From an uncultured Candidatus Saccharibacteria bacterium (lineage in GTDB: Bacteria > Patescibacteriota > Minisyncoccia > Minisyncoccales > UBA5738): 64,000 bases of DNA. Below the pieces are notes generated by a model, which saw only the letters and a list, made by a program, of their open reading frames with translations, did no database searches and was not told the origin of the DNA. The stretch's first letter is position 1. Each line of letters starts with the position of its first letter. This document shows positions 1 to 8,184 of this stretch, piece by piece. Made by a program: the position numbers and the translations under genes. The DNA lies in NCBI GenBank assembly GCA_964603475.1, contig CAZRVG010000001.1:63988-127987 (forward strand), written 5' to 3'.

Positions 1-21
1 GGCATCAATAAAAAACAGGAA

Positions 22-690
22 TTGGAGCTTCTGCGCGAAATTATTGAGACTATCAGCTATAATCTGGACTTAAAAGAAGTTTTGGGGCGTATCGTAAAAA
101 TCGTCAGCGCCGTTACCAAAGCCGATTCTTGCTTTTTGTACCTTGTTGACGGCAATAATCTGATTTTGCGCGCGTCGCTCAACCCCAAACCCATGGAAAT
201 CGGCAATATCAAATTAAAATTAAGCGAGGGCATCACCGGCTGGGTGGCGCGCAATAAAAAAACCGTTACTCTCGCCAAAGAAGCCTATAACGACGAAAGG
301 TTTAAAACCGTCAACAGCCTGCCCGAAGATAAATTTGAAGGGTTTTTGTCAGTACCCATTATTTATCGCGATAAGGTTATGGGGGTGATTAATGTGCAAC
401 ATTCAAAACCGCGAACATATTCCAAGACCGAAACCGCGCTTTTTGAATTGGTGGCCAAAGCCACCGGCGGCGCGATTGAAAACGCCTTGCTTTTTTCGGA
501 AAAGGAAGCGTTAAAAGAGGCGCTGGAAACCCGCAAGCTGATTGAAAAAGCCAAAGGAATTTTAATGAAAGAATTTTCTATCGGCGAAGACGACGCCTAT
601 AAACTTTTGCACAAAAAAGCCATGGACAAGCGCCTGCCGATGAAAGAAATCGCCAACGCCGTTATAATTTCCTCCGAATTTAAAAAATAA
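22..690 (+). CDS. GAF domain plus ANTAR domain RNA-binding antitermination regulator (frame is open to window start, so N-terminus may lie upstream)
   Basis: N-terminal GAF-like fold sequence; C-terminal ANTAR signature KLIEKAKGILM...AYKLL...AMDKRLPMKEIANAVI; sits directly upstream of glnA. Confidence 0.75.
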   Translation: MELLREIIETISYNLDLKEVLGRIVKIVSAVTKADSCFLYLVDGNNLILRASLNPKPMEIGNIKLKLSEGITGWVARNKKTVTLAKEAYNDERFKTVNSLPEDKFEGFLSVPIIYRDKVMGVINVQHSKPRTYSKTETALFELVAKATGGAIENALLFSEKEALKEALETRKLIEKAKGILMKEFSIGEDDAYKLLHKKAMDKRLPMKEIANAVIISSEFKK

Positions 691-740
691 TTTTGACAGC
701 CCAATCTCTTTGTGATAAATTCTTAGCATAAAACACAACG

Positions 741-806
741 ACGTGTTTTAACAGAAAAAGACGATGGCATCTCCGGCATAGCTTGCCCGGAGATTTTTGT
801 TTTGAA
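741..806 (+). promoter_or_regulatory. Two-hairpin leader ending in an intrinsic terminator (candidate ANTAR-controlled attenuator of glnA)
   Basis: hairpin aacac-AACGAC-gtgtt (hexaloop with A1 and G4) then atctccgg...ccggagat followed by TTTTGTTTT. Confidence 0.45.
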
Positions 807-955
807 TTCCAGTTTTCAATTTACAATTTACATTTTTCAATAAATGGACAATTTTCCATTTATCAAACAAAATATACGATTGTATTATTTGTTAAATTGC
901 TACATTGAAAATTCAATGAAAATTGAAAACTGATAACTGAAAATTATTTAACAAT

Positions 956-2359
956 ATGATGGATTACAAAGAAATTATTGAATTGTGCAAGAAGAACGGC
1001 ACGGCAATGATTGATCTCAAATTTTGCGATCTGCCCGGAGCGTGGCAGCATTTTACCATTCCGCTTGGCGAATTTGCCGAAAAAATATTTTCCGAAGGCA
1101 TCGGGTTTGACGGCTCCTCAATCAGAGGATTCAAAAACATTGAAGAAAGCGATATGATTTTGATTCCCGACGCGAAAACTTTTGTAATTGACAATTTTGG
1201 CAAAGAACCCGTTGGCGGCTTGATTTGCGATGTCTACGAACCGGAATCAAAAACCCGCTTTAAAAACGACCCGCGCGCAATCGCGCAAATTGCCGAAAAG
1301 TTCTTGAAAGAAAGCGGCATCGCCGACACAGCATATTTTGGCCCGGAAGCGGAATTTTTCATTTTTGATCGGGTTAAATTCGGCAGCGATCAAAACCATT
1401 CCTTCTATCAAATTGAATCGGACGAAGCCAATTGGGATAATAACGGCGAAGACTCCGGATCGGGATATAAGATTCGCAACAAAGAAGGTTATTTTCCCAT
1501 GTCTCCCGCCGATCAGACAATGGATATTCGCAGGGATATGGTTGCCGAATTGCAACAGCTGGGAATTGAAGTGGAAAAAGAACATCACGAGGTTGCCACG
1601 GCCGGGCAAGCCGAAATTGACATCAAGTATGACGCGCTCACCGCGCAAGCCGACAAATTAATGACGTTTAAATACGCGGTAAAAAATGTGGCGCGCAAAT
1701 TCGGCAAAACCGCCACTTTTATGCCCAAGCCGCTTTTTGGCGACAATGGATCGGGTATGCACACCCACATCTCTCTTTGGAAAAACGGCGCGCCTTTGTT
1801 TTTTGACGAAAAAGGATACGCGCAATTGAGCCAAACCGCAATGTGGTTTATCGGCGGAATGCTGGCACACGGAAAATCGCTGATGGCATTTTGCGCCCCC
1901 ACGACAAATTCCTACAAGCGGCTTGTTCCCGGTTTTGAAGCGCCGACAAATTTGGCCTATTCGGCGCGCAATCGTTCCGCGGCAATCCGTATTCCGATGT
2001 ACGCCAAAACACCGGCGGCAAAACGGATTGAATTTCGTCCGCCCGACGCTTCTTGCAATCCCTACATGGCATTCGCGGCCATGCTTATGGCCGGCATTGA
2101 CGGCATCGCCAAAAAAACCGACCCGGGCAAACCCACCAACGGCAATATCTACAAAAACAGCGATGGCATTCCCCAAGTTCCGGCGTCGTTGGAAGAATCG
2201 CTGACCGCGCTTGAAACCGACCACGAATATCTGCTTCGCGGCGGCGTCTTTACCAAAGAATTGATCAAGACGTGGATTGATTATAAAAAAACCGCTGAAT
2301 GCGATTTTTGCCGCCTGCGGCCGGCTCCGGCCGAATTTGAGCTTTACTACGGAATTTAA
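956..2359 (+). CDS. glnA: Glutamine synthetase type I
   Basis: 467 aa, full-length similarity to GSI (ATP-binding and Glu-binding regions, adenylylation-loop region). Confidence 0.9.
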   Translation: MMDYKEIIELCKKNGTAMIDLKFCDLPGAWQHFTIPLGEFAEKIFSEGIGFDGSSIRGFKNIEESDMILIPDAKTFVIDNFGKEPVGGLICDVYEPESKTRFKNDPRAIAQIAEKFLKESGIADTAYFGPEAEFFIFDRVKFGSDQNHSFYQIESDEANWDNNGEDSGSGYKIRNKEGYFPMSPADQTMDIRRDMVAELQQLGIEVEKEHHEVATAGQAEIDIKYDALTAQADKLMTFKYAVKNVARKFGKTATFMPKPLFGDNGSGMHTHISLWKNGAPLFFDEKGYAQLSQTAMWFIGGMLAHGKSLMAFCAPTTNSYKRLVPGFEAPTNLAYSARNRSAAIRIPMYAKTPAAKRIEFRPPDASCNPYMAFAAMLMAGIDGIAKKTDPGKPTNGNIYKNSDGIPQVPASLEESLTALETDHEYLLRGGVFTKELIKTWIDYKKTAECDFCRLRPAPAEFELYYGI

Positions 2360-2378
2360 CCGCGCGAAAAAATAAAAA

Positions 2379-2409
2379 ACAGGCTGTTTTAACCAAGCCT
2401 GTTTTTTTT
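2379..2409 (+). terminator. Rho-independent terminator after glnA
   Basis: acaggct...agcctgt stem followed by T8. Confidence 0.7.
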
Positions 2410-2437
2410 ATTCCGCGATGTAATAACTTTGCAAATT

Positions 2438-3034
2438 TTATTTTTTTGAAAAAGCCGAAGCAATCCGCTGGACCGCGGTGATATTGGTTAAAATCGCCAA
2501 CACCGCCAAAACAAATACCGCCAGTGTGGCCTCATCAATCGCAAACAAAAAAATAATCGCCGCGTAGACCAGCAAGCGTTCGGCGCGCGACATCAAGCCG
2601 CCTTTCAATTCAATATCAACCAATCCCTTTTCTTTTGCCGCCGCCTTGGCATAGGTGGTCATCACCGACCCCAATAGCGCCATAAATATCCACGCGATCG
2701 GCGGCAGATAAAAATTCGGCATCCAAACAAACAAAAACGAAAAAAGCAAAACCGCCTCCACGTAGCGATCCGCGATCGTATCCCAATAGGCCCCCTTTTG
2801 AGTCGCCAAATTCTTTTTTCGCGCCACCGCCCCGTCAACAAAATCCAACGCCGAGGAAATCGCAAAAAACGCCAACGCCGGCCAATAATCGCCAAAAATT
2901 AAAAAGTAAGCGCAAACAAAAATAAAAACGACCGATAATGCCGTGTATTGGTTGGGTGTCAAAGGAAGCCGCGAAAAAACATCCGCGGCTTTACTTTCCA
3001 AACCTTTGAATAAATCTCTGTGCAAATCAAGCAT
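2438..3034 (-). CDS. CDP-alcohol phosphatidyltransferase family protein (likely phosphatidylinositol-phosphate synthase type)
   Basis: D-x2-DG-x2-AR-x8-G-x3-D-x3-D motif (DFVDGAVARKK...GAYWDTIADR), multiple TM segments; start set at internal Met after the 42-bp palindrome (ORF open to 3139). Confidence 0.7.
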   Translation of the reverse strand: MLDLHRDLFKGLESKAADVFSRLPLTPNQYTALSVVFIFVCAYFLIFGDYWPALAFFAISSALDFVDGAVARKKNLATQKGAYWDTIADRYVEAVLLFSFLFVWMPNFYLPPIAWIFMALLGSVMTTYAKAAAKEKGLVDIELKGGLMSRAERLLVYAAIIFLFAIDEATLAVFVLAVLAILTNITAVQRIASAFSKK

Positions 3035-3042
3035 TTCAATTT

Positions 3043-3084
3043 GTCGAGGTTTCACCTTGCAAGCTTGCAAGGTGAAACCTCGAC
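3043..3084. repeat. 42-bp perfect palindrome (gtcgaggtttcaccttgcaag|cttgcaaggtgaaacctcgac) between MIPS and CDP-OH transferase genes
   Basis: read directly; zero-loop perfect inverted repeat centred on AAGCTT. Confidence 0.9.
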
Positions 3085-3095
3085 AGTTCAACAAT

Positions 3096-4220
3096 TTAAC
3101 GGTCGCGCTTCCCGGCGATAAATTCTTCCACCATCTCATAGGCTTGAGAATCGGTAAATTGAGTCGGGGGGTGCTTCATAAAATAGGATGACGGACTTGT
3201 TAGCGGGCCGCCGATTCCCCGATCTTGGGCAAGTTTTACCATACGGATGGCATCAATCACCACGCCGGCAGAATTGGGCGAATCTTCCACGCTCAAACGA
3301 AGCTCCAAATCAATGGGCACATCGCCGAATTTTCTTCCCTCCATTCTGATATAACAAATTTTGTTATCTTTTAAAAACGGCACCCAATCCGACGGCCCGA
3401 TATGCAAATTGTCATAGCTCAAGCGATTTTTGAGCTGGGACTCCACGCTTTCGGTTTTGGAAATTTTTTTTGATTTCAAGCGTTCGCGGCTAAGCATGTT
3501 CAAAAAGTCGGTATTGCCGCCGAAATTCAATTGATAAGAGCGATCAATCGCCACGCCGCGGTTGGCGAATAATTTGCTAAGCGTTCGGTGCACGATCGTG
3601 GCGCCAATTTGCGATTTAATGTCGTCGCCGATGCAGGGAATGTTTTTTTCTTTAAACTTATTCCCCCACGCCTCGTCGGAAACAATAAATATCGGCATGC
3701 AATTGACAAATCCGCAGCCGGCGTCCAAGGCGGCTTGGGCGTATTGTTCGGCGGCTTTTTGCGACCCCACCGGCATATAGCTGATTAAGACGTCGGCTTT
3801 GACCTTTTTTAACTCTTCGGCGATATCAACCGGCTTTTCATTCGAAACCGCGAACGTTTGGTCTTCGGGGTAATTTTTCATATGATCGGCGACACCGTCC
3901 AACACCGGCGCCATTTGCACTTTCACGCCGATTTGAGGCACGTCTTTGCAAAACACTTTGGTACAGTTGGGCTTTTCAAAAATCGCCCGCGCCACATCTT
4001 TGCCCACCTTGCGCCGATCAATATCAAACGCCGCCACGATCTCAATATCCCGCGGCGCGTAATCGCCGATCACGTTGTGCATCAAGCCGGGCACGGTTTC
4101 ATCGTCCTTGCCGATATATTTATAATAAGTTATCCCCTGCACCAGGCTGGAACAGCAATTGCCGATGCCGGCAATCGCCAACCGAATTTTTTTTCCTCGC
4201 GCGTTTGTATTTTCTTCCAT
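3096..4220 (-). CDS. myo-inositol-1-phosphate synthase (archaeal/bacterial short type)
   Basis: Rossmann GIGNCCSSLVQG, conserved MIPS core (NGSP-like, SYQLNFGGNTDF region); ORF open to 4292 but Met at 4220 fits family length. Confidence 0.8.
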   Translation of the reverse strand: MEENTNARGKKIRLAIAGIGNCCSSLVQGITYYKYIGKDDETVPGLMHNVIGDYAPRDIEIVAAFDIDRRKVGKDVARAIFEKPNCTKVFCKDVPQIGVKVQMAPVLDGVADHMKNYPEDQTFAVSNEKPVDIAEELKKVKADVLISYMPVGSQKAAEQYAQAALDAGCGFVNCMPIFIVSDEAWGNKFKEKNIPCIGDDIKSQIGATIVHRTLSKLFANRGVAIDRSYQLNFGGNTDFLNMLSRERLKSKKISKTESVESQLKNRLSYDNLHIGPSDWVPFLKDNKICYIRMEGRKFGDVPIDLELRLSVEDSPNSAGVVIDAIRMVKLAQDRGIGGPLTSPSSYFMKHPPTQFTDSQAYEMVEEFIAGKRDR

Positions 4221-4364
4221 ATTTTTGTTAATATGTATTATATATTGATTATTTGTTTTACGACCTACAATTATTTTACCACCATAAAACACTCTGTCAA
4301 ATTGAATTATAAAAATGAATTACGATCTTATCAACTTTTGATCTATACTTTTGAATTTTGACTT

Positions 4365-4688
4365 TTGACTTTTGATTTACTTTTTATGCTTCCCATCCAA
4401 AAATTGGAAAAATCAAACACCAAAGAAAATCTCTGGATCTACATCCTGGCGCTTTTGGATAAAAAGCCGCTCTACGGCTGGGAAATTCCCAAATTGATTG
4501 AGCAAAATTTTGGCTTCCGGCCGGGAAAAATCACTCCCTACCGGGTTTTTTACCGCCTCCAAGCCGATGGATTCGTCACGAGCGAAATGGAAAACCGAAG
4601 GCGGATATACAAAATCACCCCAAAAGGCAAAAAGGAATTGACCGCCGCTAAATCATTCTATAAAAATACCCTTTCAAAATTGGATTAG
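4365..4688 (+). CDS. PadR family transcriptional regulator
   Basis: winged-helix PadR signature LYGWEI...GKITPYRVFYRLQADGFV...RRIYKITPKGKKEL. Confidence 0.7.
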   Translation: MTFDLLFMLPIQKLEKSNTKENLWIYILALLDKKPLYGWEIPKLIEQNFGFRPGKITPYRVFYRLQADGFVTSEMENRRRIYKITPKGKKELTAAKSFYKNTLSKLD

Positions 4689-4778
4689 CAGTCTGCTCGG
4701 GCCGTTTTCTGTTGGCATTCCCGTTGAAGTCAAACTTTAACGCGCGCGGCCATAATCTGTTTTTTAATTCAAACAAAT

Positions 4779-5450
4779 ATGGAAAATAAAGAGATTTCCG
4801 ATAAATTTTTGGAAATTGCCCGATTGCTGGAAATTAAGGGCAATGAAACGTTCAGAATAAAGGCATATCGCAAAACCGCCGCGGTTTTGAATTCCTTGGA
4901 GCAAAATGTTGCCGACATTTACAAAAATTTGAAAATCAAAAAAAATTTCAAGATTGCCGGCATCGGAGAAAAAAATATTGAAAAAATAAAAGAATATATT
5001 AAAACCGGCAAAATCAAACGATTTGAAGAATTGATGGAAGAAACCGCCATCCGTCAAATAATCACCTATTTTTTTGAAACTAAGGGAGTAAATCTCGACG
5101 AATTAAAACAAAGCGCGCGCAAGCGCGATATCGTCTATTCGCGATACACCAAGCCGGCAAAGCAATTGATCGAACTGGCCGGATCGGTAGCCGCGGCCAA
5201 AGATGCCATAAAAAAAGTCGCCGATTGGGCGAATTCACGCAAATTGGACTATGCCATTGAAACAGTATTTAAAAAGTGGCTGGAATTGGACCGATTGAAA
5301 CCCAAAGAGATCGTCAAAAAGCCGTTTTACCGCGGCGATCCCATGGTTTGGTCGGAAAACCGCAAAAAGTGGTTTGTCATCACCGACGGCGGCGAATGGC
5401 TGGAATATGCCGATAAAGAAGAGCTGATTGAATGGCGAATTATTGACTAA
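4779..5450 (+). CDS. PolX-like helix-hairpin-helix DNA-binding protein (8-kDa/HhH N-terminal domains of DNA polymerase beta family, no palm domain)
   Basis: FLEIARLLEIKGNETFRIKAYRKTAAVLNSL...IAGIGEKNIEKIKEYIKTGKIKRFEEL matches PolX lyase/HhH motifs. Confidence 0.55.
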   Translation: MENKEISDKFLEIARLLEIKGNETFRIKAYRKTAAVLNSLEQNVADIYKNLKIKKNFKIAGIGEKNIEKIKEYIKTGKIKRFEELMEETAIRQIITYFFETKGVNLDELKQSARKRDIVYSRYTKPAKQLIELAGSVAAAKDAIKKVADWANSRKLDYAIETVFKKWLELDRLKPKEIVKKPFYRGDPMVWSENRKKWFVITDGGEWLEYADKEELIEWRIID

Positions 5451-5641
5451 ATCGCTTGAAATGGATAGAATTGTTTCGTAATAAGTTTAATTTTCAGTTG
5501 CCAGTTTTCAATTTTCATTGAATGTTCCATTTAGCCAATGTGCCAAACAAATACATTTGCGTTTTGTTTGTTAATTGGCTCATTGATTTAATTGATAATT
5601 CAATGAAAACTGATAATTGAAAACTAAAAACTATTAATCTC

Positions 5642-6202
5642 GTGTTAAATTATTCCGATTTGCGCCGCGGCGTGCAATTTATTTTTGACGGCCAGCCCCA
5701 TGAAGTGCTTGAATTCCAGCAAATAAAAAAGGCGCGAGCGGCCGGGCTTTTGCAAACAAAAATAAAAAATCTCATCACCGGAAAGGTTCTTGATCGCACA
5801 TTCCACCAAGGCGACAATTTTGAAGAAACCGAAATTGAAAGAATTTCGGCAAAGTTTATTTACGCCAACCAGGGCAAATTCGTTTTTTCGCGAATCAACG
5901 ACCCGTCAAAAAGATTTGAATTGACCGAAGAACAGATCGGCGCGAGCGCCAAATTTTTGGCGCCTAATATGGAAGTGGAGGCCAATGTTTATGAGGATCA
6001 AATAATCGGCATCAACCTGCCCATCAAGGTGCAGCTAAAAGTTAAAGAAGCCGCGCCCGGAGTGAAAGGCAACCGCGCTCAATCGGGAACCAAAGCCGTG
6101 GTGTTGGAAACGGGCGCCGCAATTCAAGCGCCCTTATTTGTCCAGATCGGCGACACACTGGAAATCAACACTCAAACCGGCGAATATTCCAAACGCGTTT
6201 AA
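5642..6202 (+). CDS. efp: Translation elongation factor P
   Basis: 186 aa, GTG start, EF-P three-domain sequence (KPGKG-like region replaced by GLLQTKIKNL loop). Confidence 0.85.
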   Translation: MLNYSDLRRGVQFIFDGQPHEVLEFQQIKKARAAGLLQTKIKNLITGKVLDRTFHQGDNFEETEIERISAKFIYANQGKFVFSRINDPSKRFELTEEQIGASAKFLAPNMEVEANVYEDQIIGINLPIKVQLKVKEAAPGVKGNRAQSGTKAVVLETGAAIQAPLFVQIGDTLEINTQTGEYSKRV

Positions 6203-6248
6203 TCATTTAATCATACGCTTCGCCAATCATCTAATCATAGAACCATTA

Positions 6249-6280
6249 ACACAAAAGCGCCGCAAGGCGCTTTTGTGTTT
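6249..6280 (+). terminator. Intrinsic terminator after efp
   Basis: acacaaaagcgcc-gcaa-ggcgcttttgtgt then T-rich. Confidence 0.7.
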
Positions 6281-6326
6281 ATATGTTTATATGTTTATAT
6301 GATTATATGATTATATGATTATATGT
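6277..6326. repeat. Tandem 8-mer microsatellite (ATGTTTAT)x3 (ATGATTAT)x3
   Basis: read directly; same ATGATTAT/ATGATTAA arrays recur at 19945-19984, 39275-39312, 61441-61480. Confidence 0.85.
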
Positions 6327-6330
6327 CCAA

Positions 6331-6651
6331 TTATTCTTGGGCGATTTTTTTTGATTTTTCTTCTTTTTTGGGCTTTTTGGGCGCGCCTTTCCGTCCCTTG
6401 GCTTTGTTTTTCAAATCAATCATTTTTTCCAAAAGGGCGACAATACCGGCAATACTGATGGAAAAAGCCGATACTTTGCTTTTCACTTCACCGATCGTGT
6501 TTTTCGCCTCATCAACCGTATTTTTAATTTCGTTTTCAATGGAAATAATTTTGCGCATAATTCTAATCGTGAAAATTAAAATCACGAACAAAATCGCAAT
6601 CCACAAAAAGAAAAACAGCGATCCCAAAAAATAAAAAAATGTTTCCACCAT
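6331..6651 (-). CDS. Small membrane protein (one TM helix plus coiled-coil, Lys-rich tail; DUF948-like)
   Basis: hydrophobic N-terminus, KKPKKEEKSKK tail. Confidence 0.4.
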   Translation of the reverse strand: MVETFFYFLGSLFFFLWIAILFVILIFTIRIMRKIISIENEIKNTVDEAKNTIGEVKSKVSAFSISIAGIVALLEKMIDLKNKAKGRKGAPKKPKKEEKSKKIAQE

Positions 6652-6748
6652 ATGAATTTTAATGATTTATGATTTCATTGTCGCCCAAAAACCATCCCCC
6701 GTCAAGCCAAAGCTATGCAAATATTTTTTTGGTTTCACCTTGCCAAAC

Positions 6749-7267
6749 TTATGGCTGGAATAATTCTTCGGGAATAACGCGAACTTCGTCCACGCCGGCA
6801 AATTGTTTTGCCGTGGCTTCAATTTGCGCGCGCAAAATCCCCGCGCGGCAAGAGCCGCCGCTTGTTTTGTTTCGCGGATCGGCAAATTCCAAAGTTAAAA
6901 CTCCATCGTTCAAATTCGCGCCCTTTAATTCCAACCCTTCAAGCGGAAATTCGGTGGCAACGCCCGCGGCAATTTCTTCTTCTGACAACTCCCCCTTCAT
7001 CAATAGATTTATCGCGCCTTGAACCGGCGTTTGGCTTGCCGTGATTTGGCGTCCGACCGCAACCAACCCCGCCGGAGAACACATTGTATTGCCCGATTCA
7101 TCCTTGTCGTTGGCGGGATTATAATAATAGAGCAAAATTTCGCGCGCTTGCGCTTGGCCATTCCCCGTCGGCGCGCCAACTTTATCCTTTTGATAATTTT
7201 GCCAACCCGCCCATCCAATCGCAACAATAACAAAAGCGGATAAAATAAAAACCATTATTTGTTTCAT
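6749..7267 (-). CDS. GerMN domain-containing lipoprotein-like protein
   Basis: signal/TM N-terminus, GerMN-like core (ILLYYYNP...NLNDGVLTLEFADP). Confidence 0.45.
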   Translation of the reverse strand: MKQIMVFILSAFVIVAIGWAGWQNYQKDKVGAPTGNGQAQAREILLYYYNPANDKDESGNTMCSPAGLVAVGRQITASQTPVQGAINLLMKGELSEEEIAAGVATEFPLEGLELKGANLNDGVLTLEFADPRNKTSGGSCRAGILRAQIEATAKQFAGVDEVRVIPEELFQP

Positions 7268-7872
7268 TTTGATATATTTTTTATTAAGGCGGCAATTTCG
7301 GGAAAAATTTCCAGATTGAAATGCCCACTGTCTTGAAAAATCATTGGTTTTGCCGTTGGCAGCGCTTTTTTGTATTTTTCAAGCTGCAAAAACGGCACCA
7401 CCGGATCATCTTGGCTGTGGAACAAATAAATTTCGGGCGCTTGGCGGGCAAATTCGTCCAAAGATTTTTCCAATGAAAAACTTGCCAGCTTTTCGTCCAT
7501 ATTGTCATCGTCAAAAGGAGCGCCGATTAAAATCGCGGCTTTGATTTTTTTGTTGACTTTGTTTTCCGAAAAATATTTTGCCAAAAATATGCCGCCCAAA
7601 GAATGGCCGATTAAAATCGCGCCGTCATCGGTCAATTCCAATATCCTCTCAAACCAAATCTTCCATTCCCCGTATCGCGCGTTGGATCCGTTGGGCATTC
7701 GCGGCGCCAGCACGTCAAAATCCCCGCCCAAATCATCGGGTAAGCCGTTTTTCCACTCTTTATGCGGCCGCAAACATTCCAAATCAATTTTTTTGTTTTT
7801 TAGGCAAGAAATATACTCTTCATAGCTTTCAAAAGTGTTCCCGCCATGGATCAAAACCACTTGCTGTTTCAT
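7264..7872 (-). CDS. Alpha/beta-fold serine hydrolase (RBBP9/YdeN-like family)
   Basis: VVLIHGG...GHSLGG nucleophile elbow; start set at MKQQVVLIHGG (ORF open to 7941 runs into the palindromic motif). Confidence 0.6.
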   Translation of the reverse strand: MKQQVVLIHGGNTFESYEEYISCLKNKKIDLECLRPHKEWKNGLPDDLGGDFDVLAPRMPNGSNARYGEWKIWFERILELTDDGAILIGHSLGGIFLAKYFSENKVNKKIKAAILIGAPFDDDNMDEKLASFSLEKSLDEFARQAPEIYLFHSQDDPVVPFLQLEKYKKALPTAKPMIFQDSGHFNLEIFPEIAALIKNISK

Positions 7873-7895
7873 ATTTTTGCCTATATTAAACTTGC

Positions 7896-7941
7896 ATGTA
7901 TATACATACAAAAACGAATGTATATACAAATGTATATACAT
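7896..7941. promoter_or_regulatory. Cluster of ATGTATATACAT 12-bp palindromes (candidate operator), copy 1 of 3
   Basis: catgtatatacat at 7896-7907 and gaatgtatatacaaatgtatatacatt at 7916-7941; near-identical paired site at 29467-29492 and 46190-46214. Confidence 0.5.
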
Positions 7942-7955
7942 TCAAAATTCGCGGA

Positions 7956-8138
7956 TTAGAATTCGGCGTTTTGATCGCCCCTTTTCATCCGCTTTTTGCA
8001 GCCGCAAGAACAATCCTCGGAACATTGGCAGCAATGAAAACAAACCGCCGGATTGCACGGACAGGCGTCTTGTTGGTTTTCCAGCGGCATTTTGCAGATT
8101 TTGCACTTGTCAAATTCTTGTTGCGGATCAATAAACAT
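7956..8138 (-). CDS. Small cysteine-rich protein (13 Cys in 60 aa; metallothionein/zinc-ribbon-like), speculative
   Basis: CKICK...CPCNPAVCFHCCQCSEDCSCGCKK. Confidence 0.3.
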   Translation of the reverse strand: MFIDPQQEFDKCKICKMPLENQQDACPCNPAVCFHCCQCSEDCSCGCKKRMKRGDQNAEF

Positions 8139-8184
8139 ATGTTTTTATTAATTTTTAATTTGAAATTTTTAATTTTTAATGGCT

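Noticed and set aside
57-2224. Antisense and alternative-frame ORFs inside the GAF-ANTAR and glnA genes
   Set aside because: They are fully contained in strongly supported genes and have biased composition, so they are spurious.
2438-3139. Full-length 233-aa ORF for the CDP-alcohol phosphatidyltransferase
   Set aside because: The first 35 codons translate the 42-bp palindrome (CRGFTLQACKVKPRQ appears in both orientations). The start was moved to the Met after the palindrome.
3096-4292. 398-aa version of the inositol-phosphate synthase ORF
   Set aside because: The N-terminal 24 residues have no family counterpart. The Met at 4220 just before the Rossmann GIGNCC motif fits better.
6277-6326. 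CRISPR array suggested by tandem repeats
   Set aside because: The repeat unit is only 8 bp (ATGTTTAT/ATGATTAT) with no spacers. The same microsatellite recurs at 19945, 39275 and 61441. No cas genes are present.
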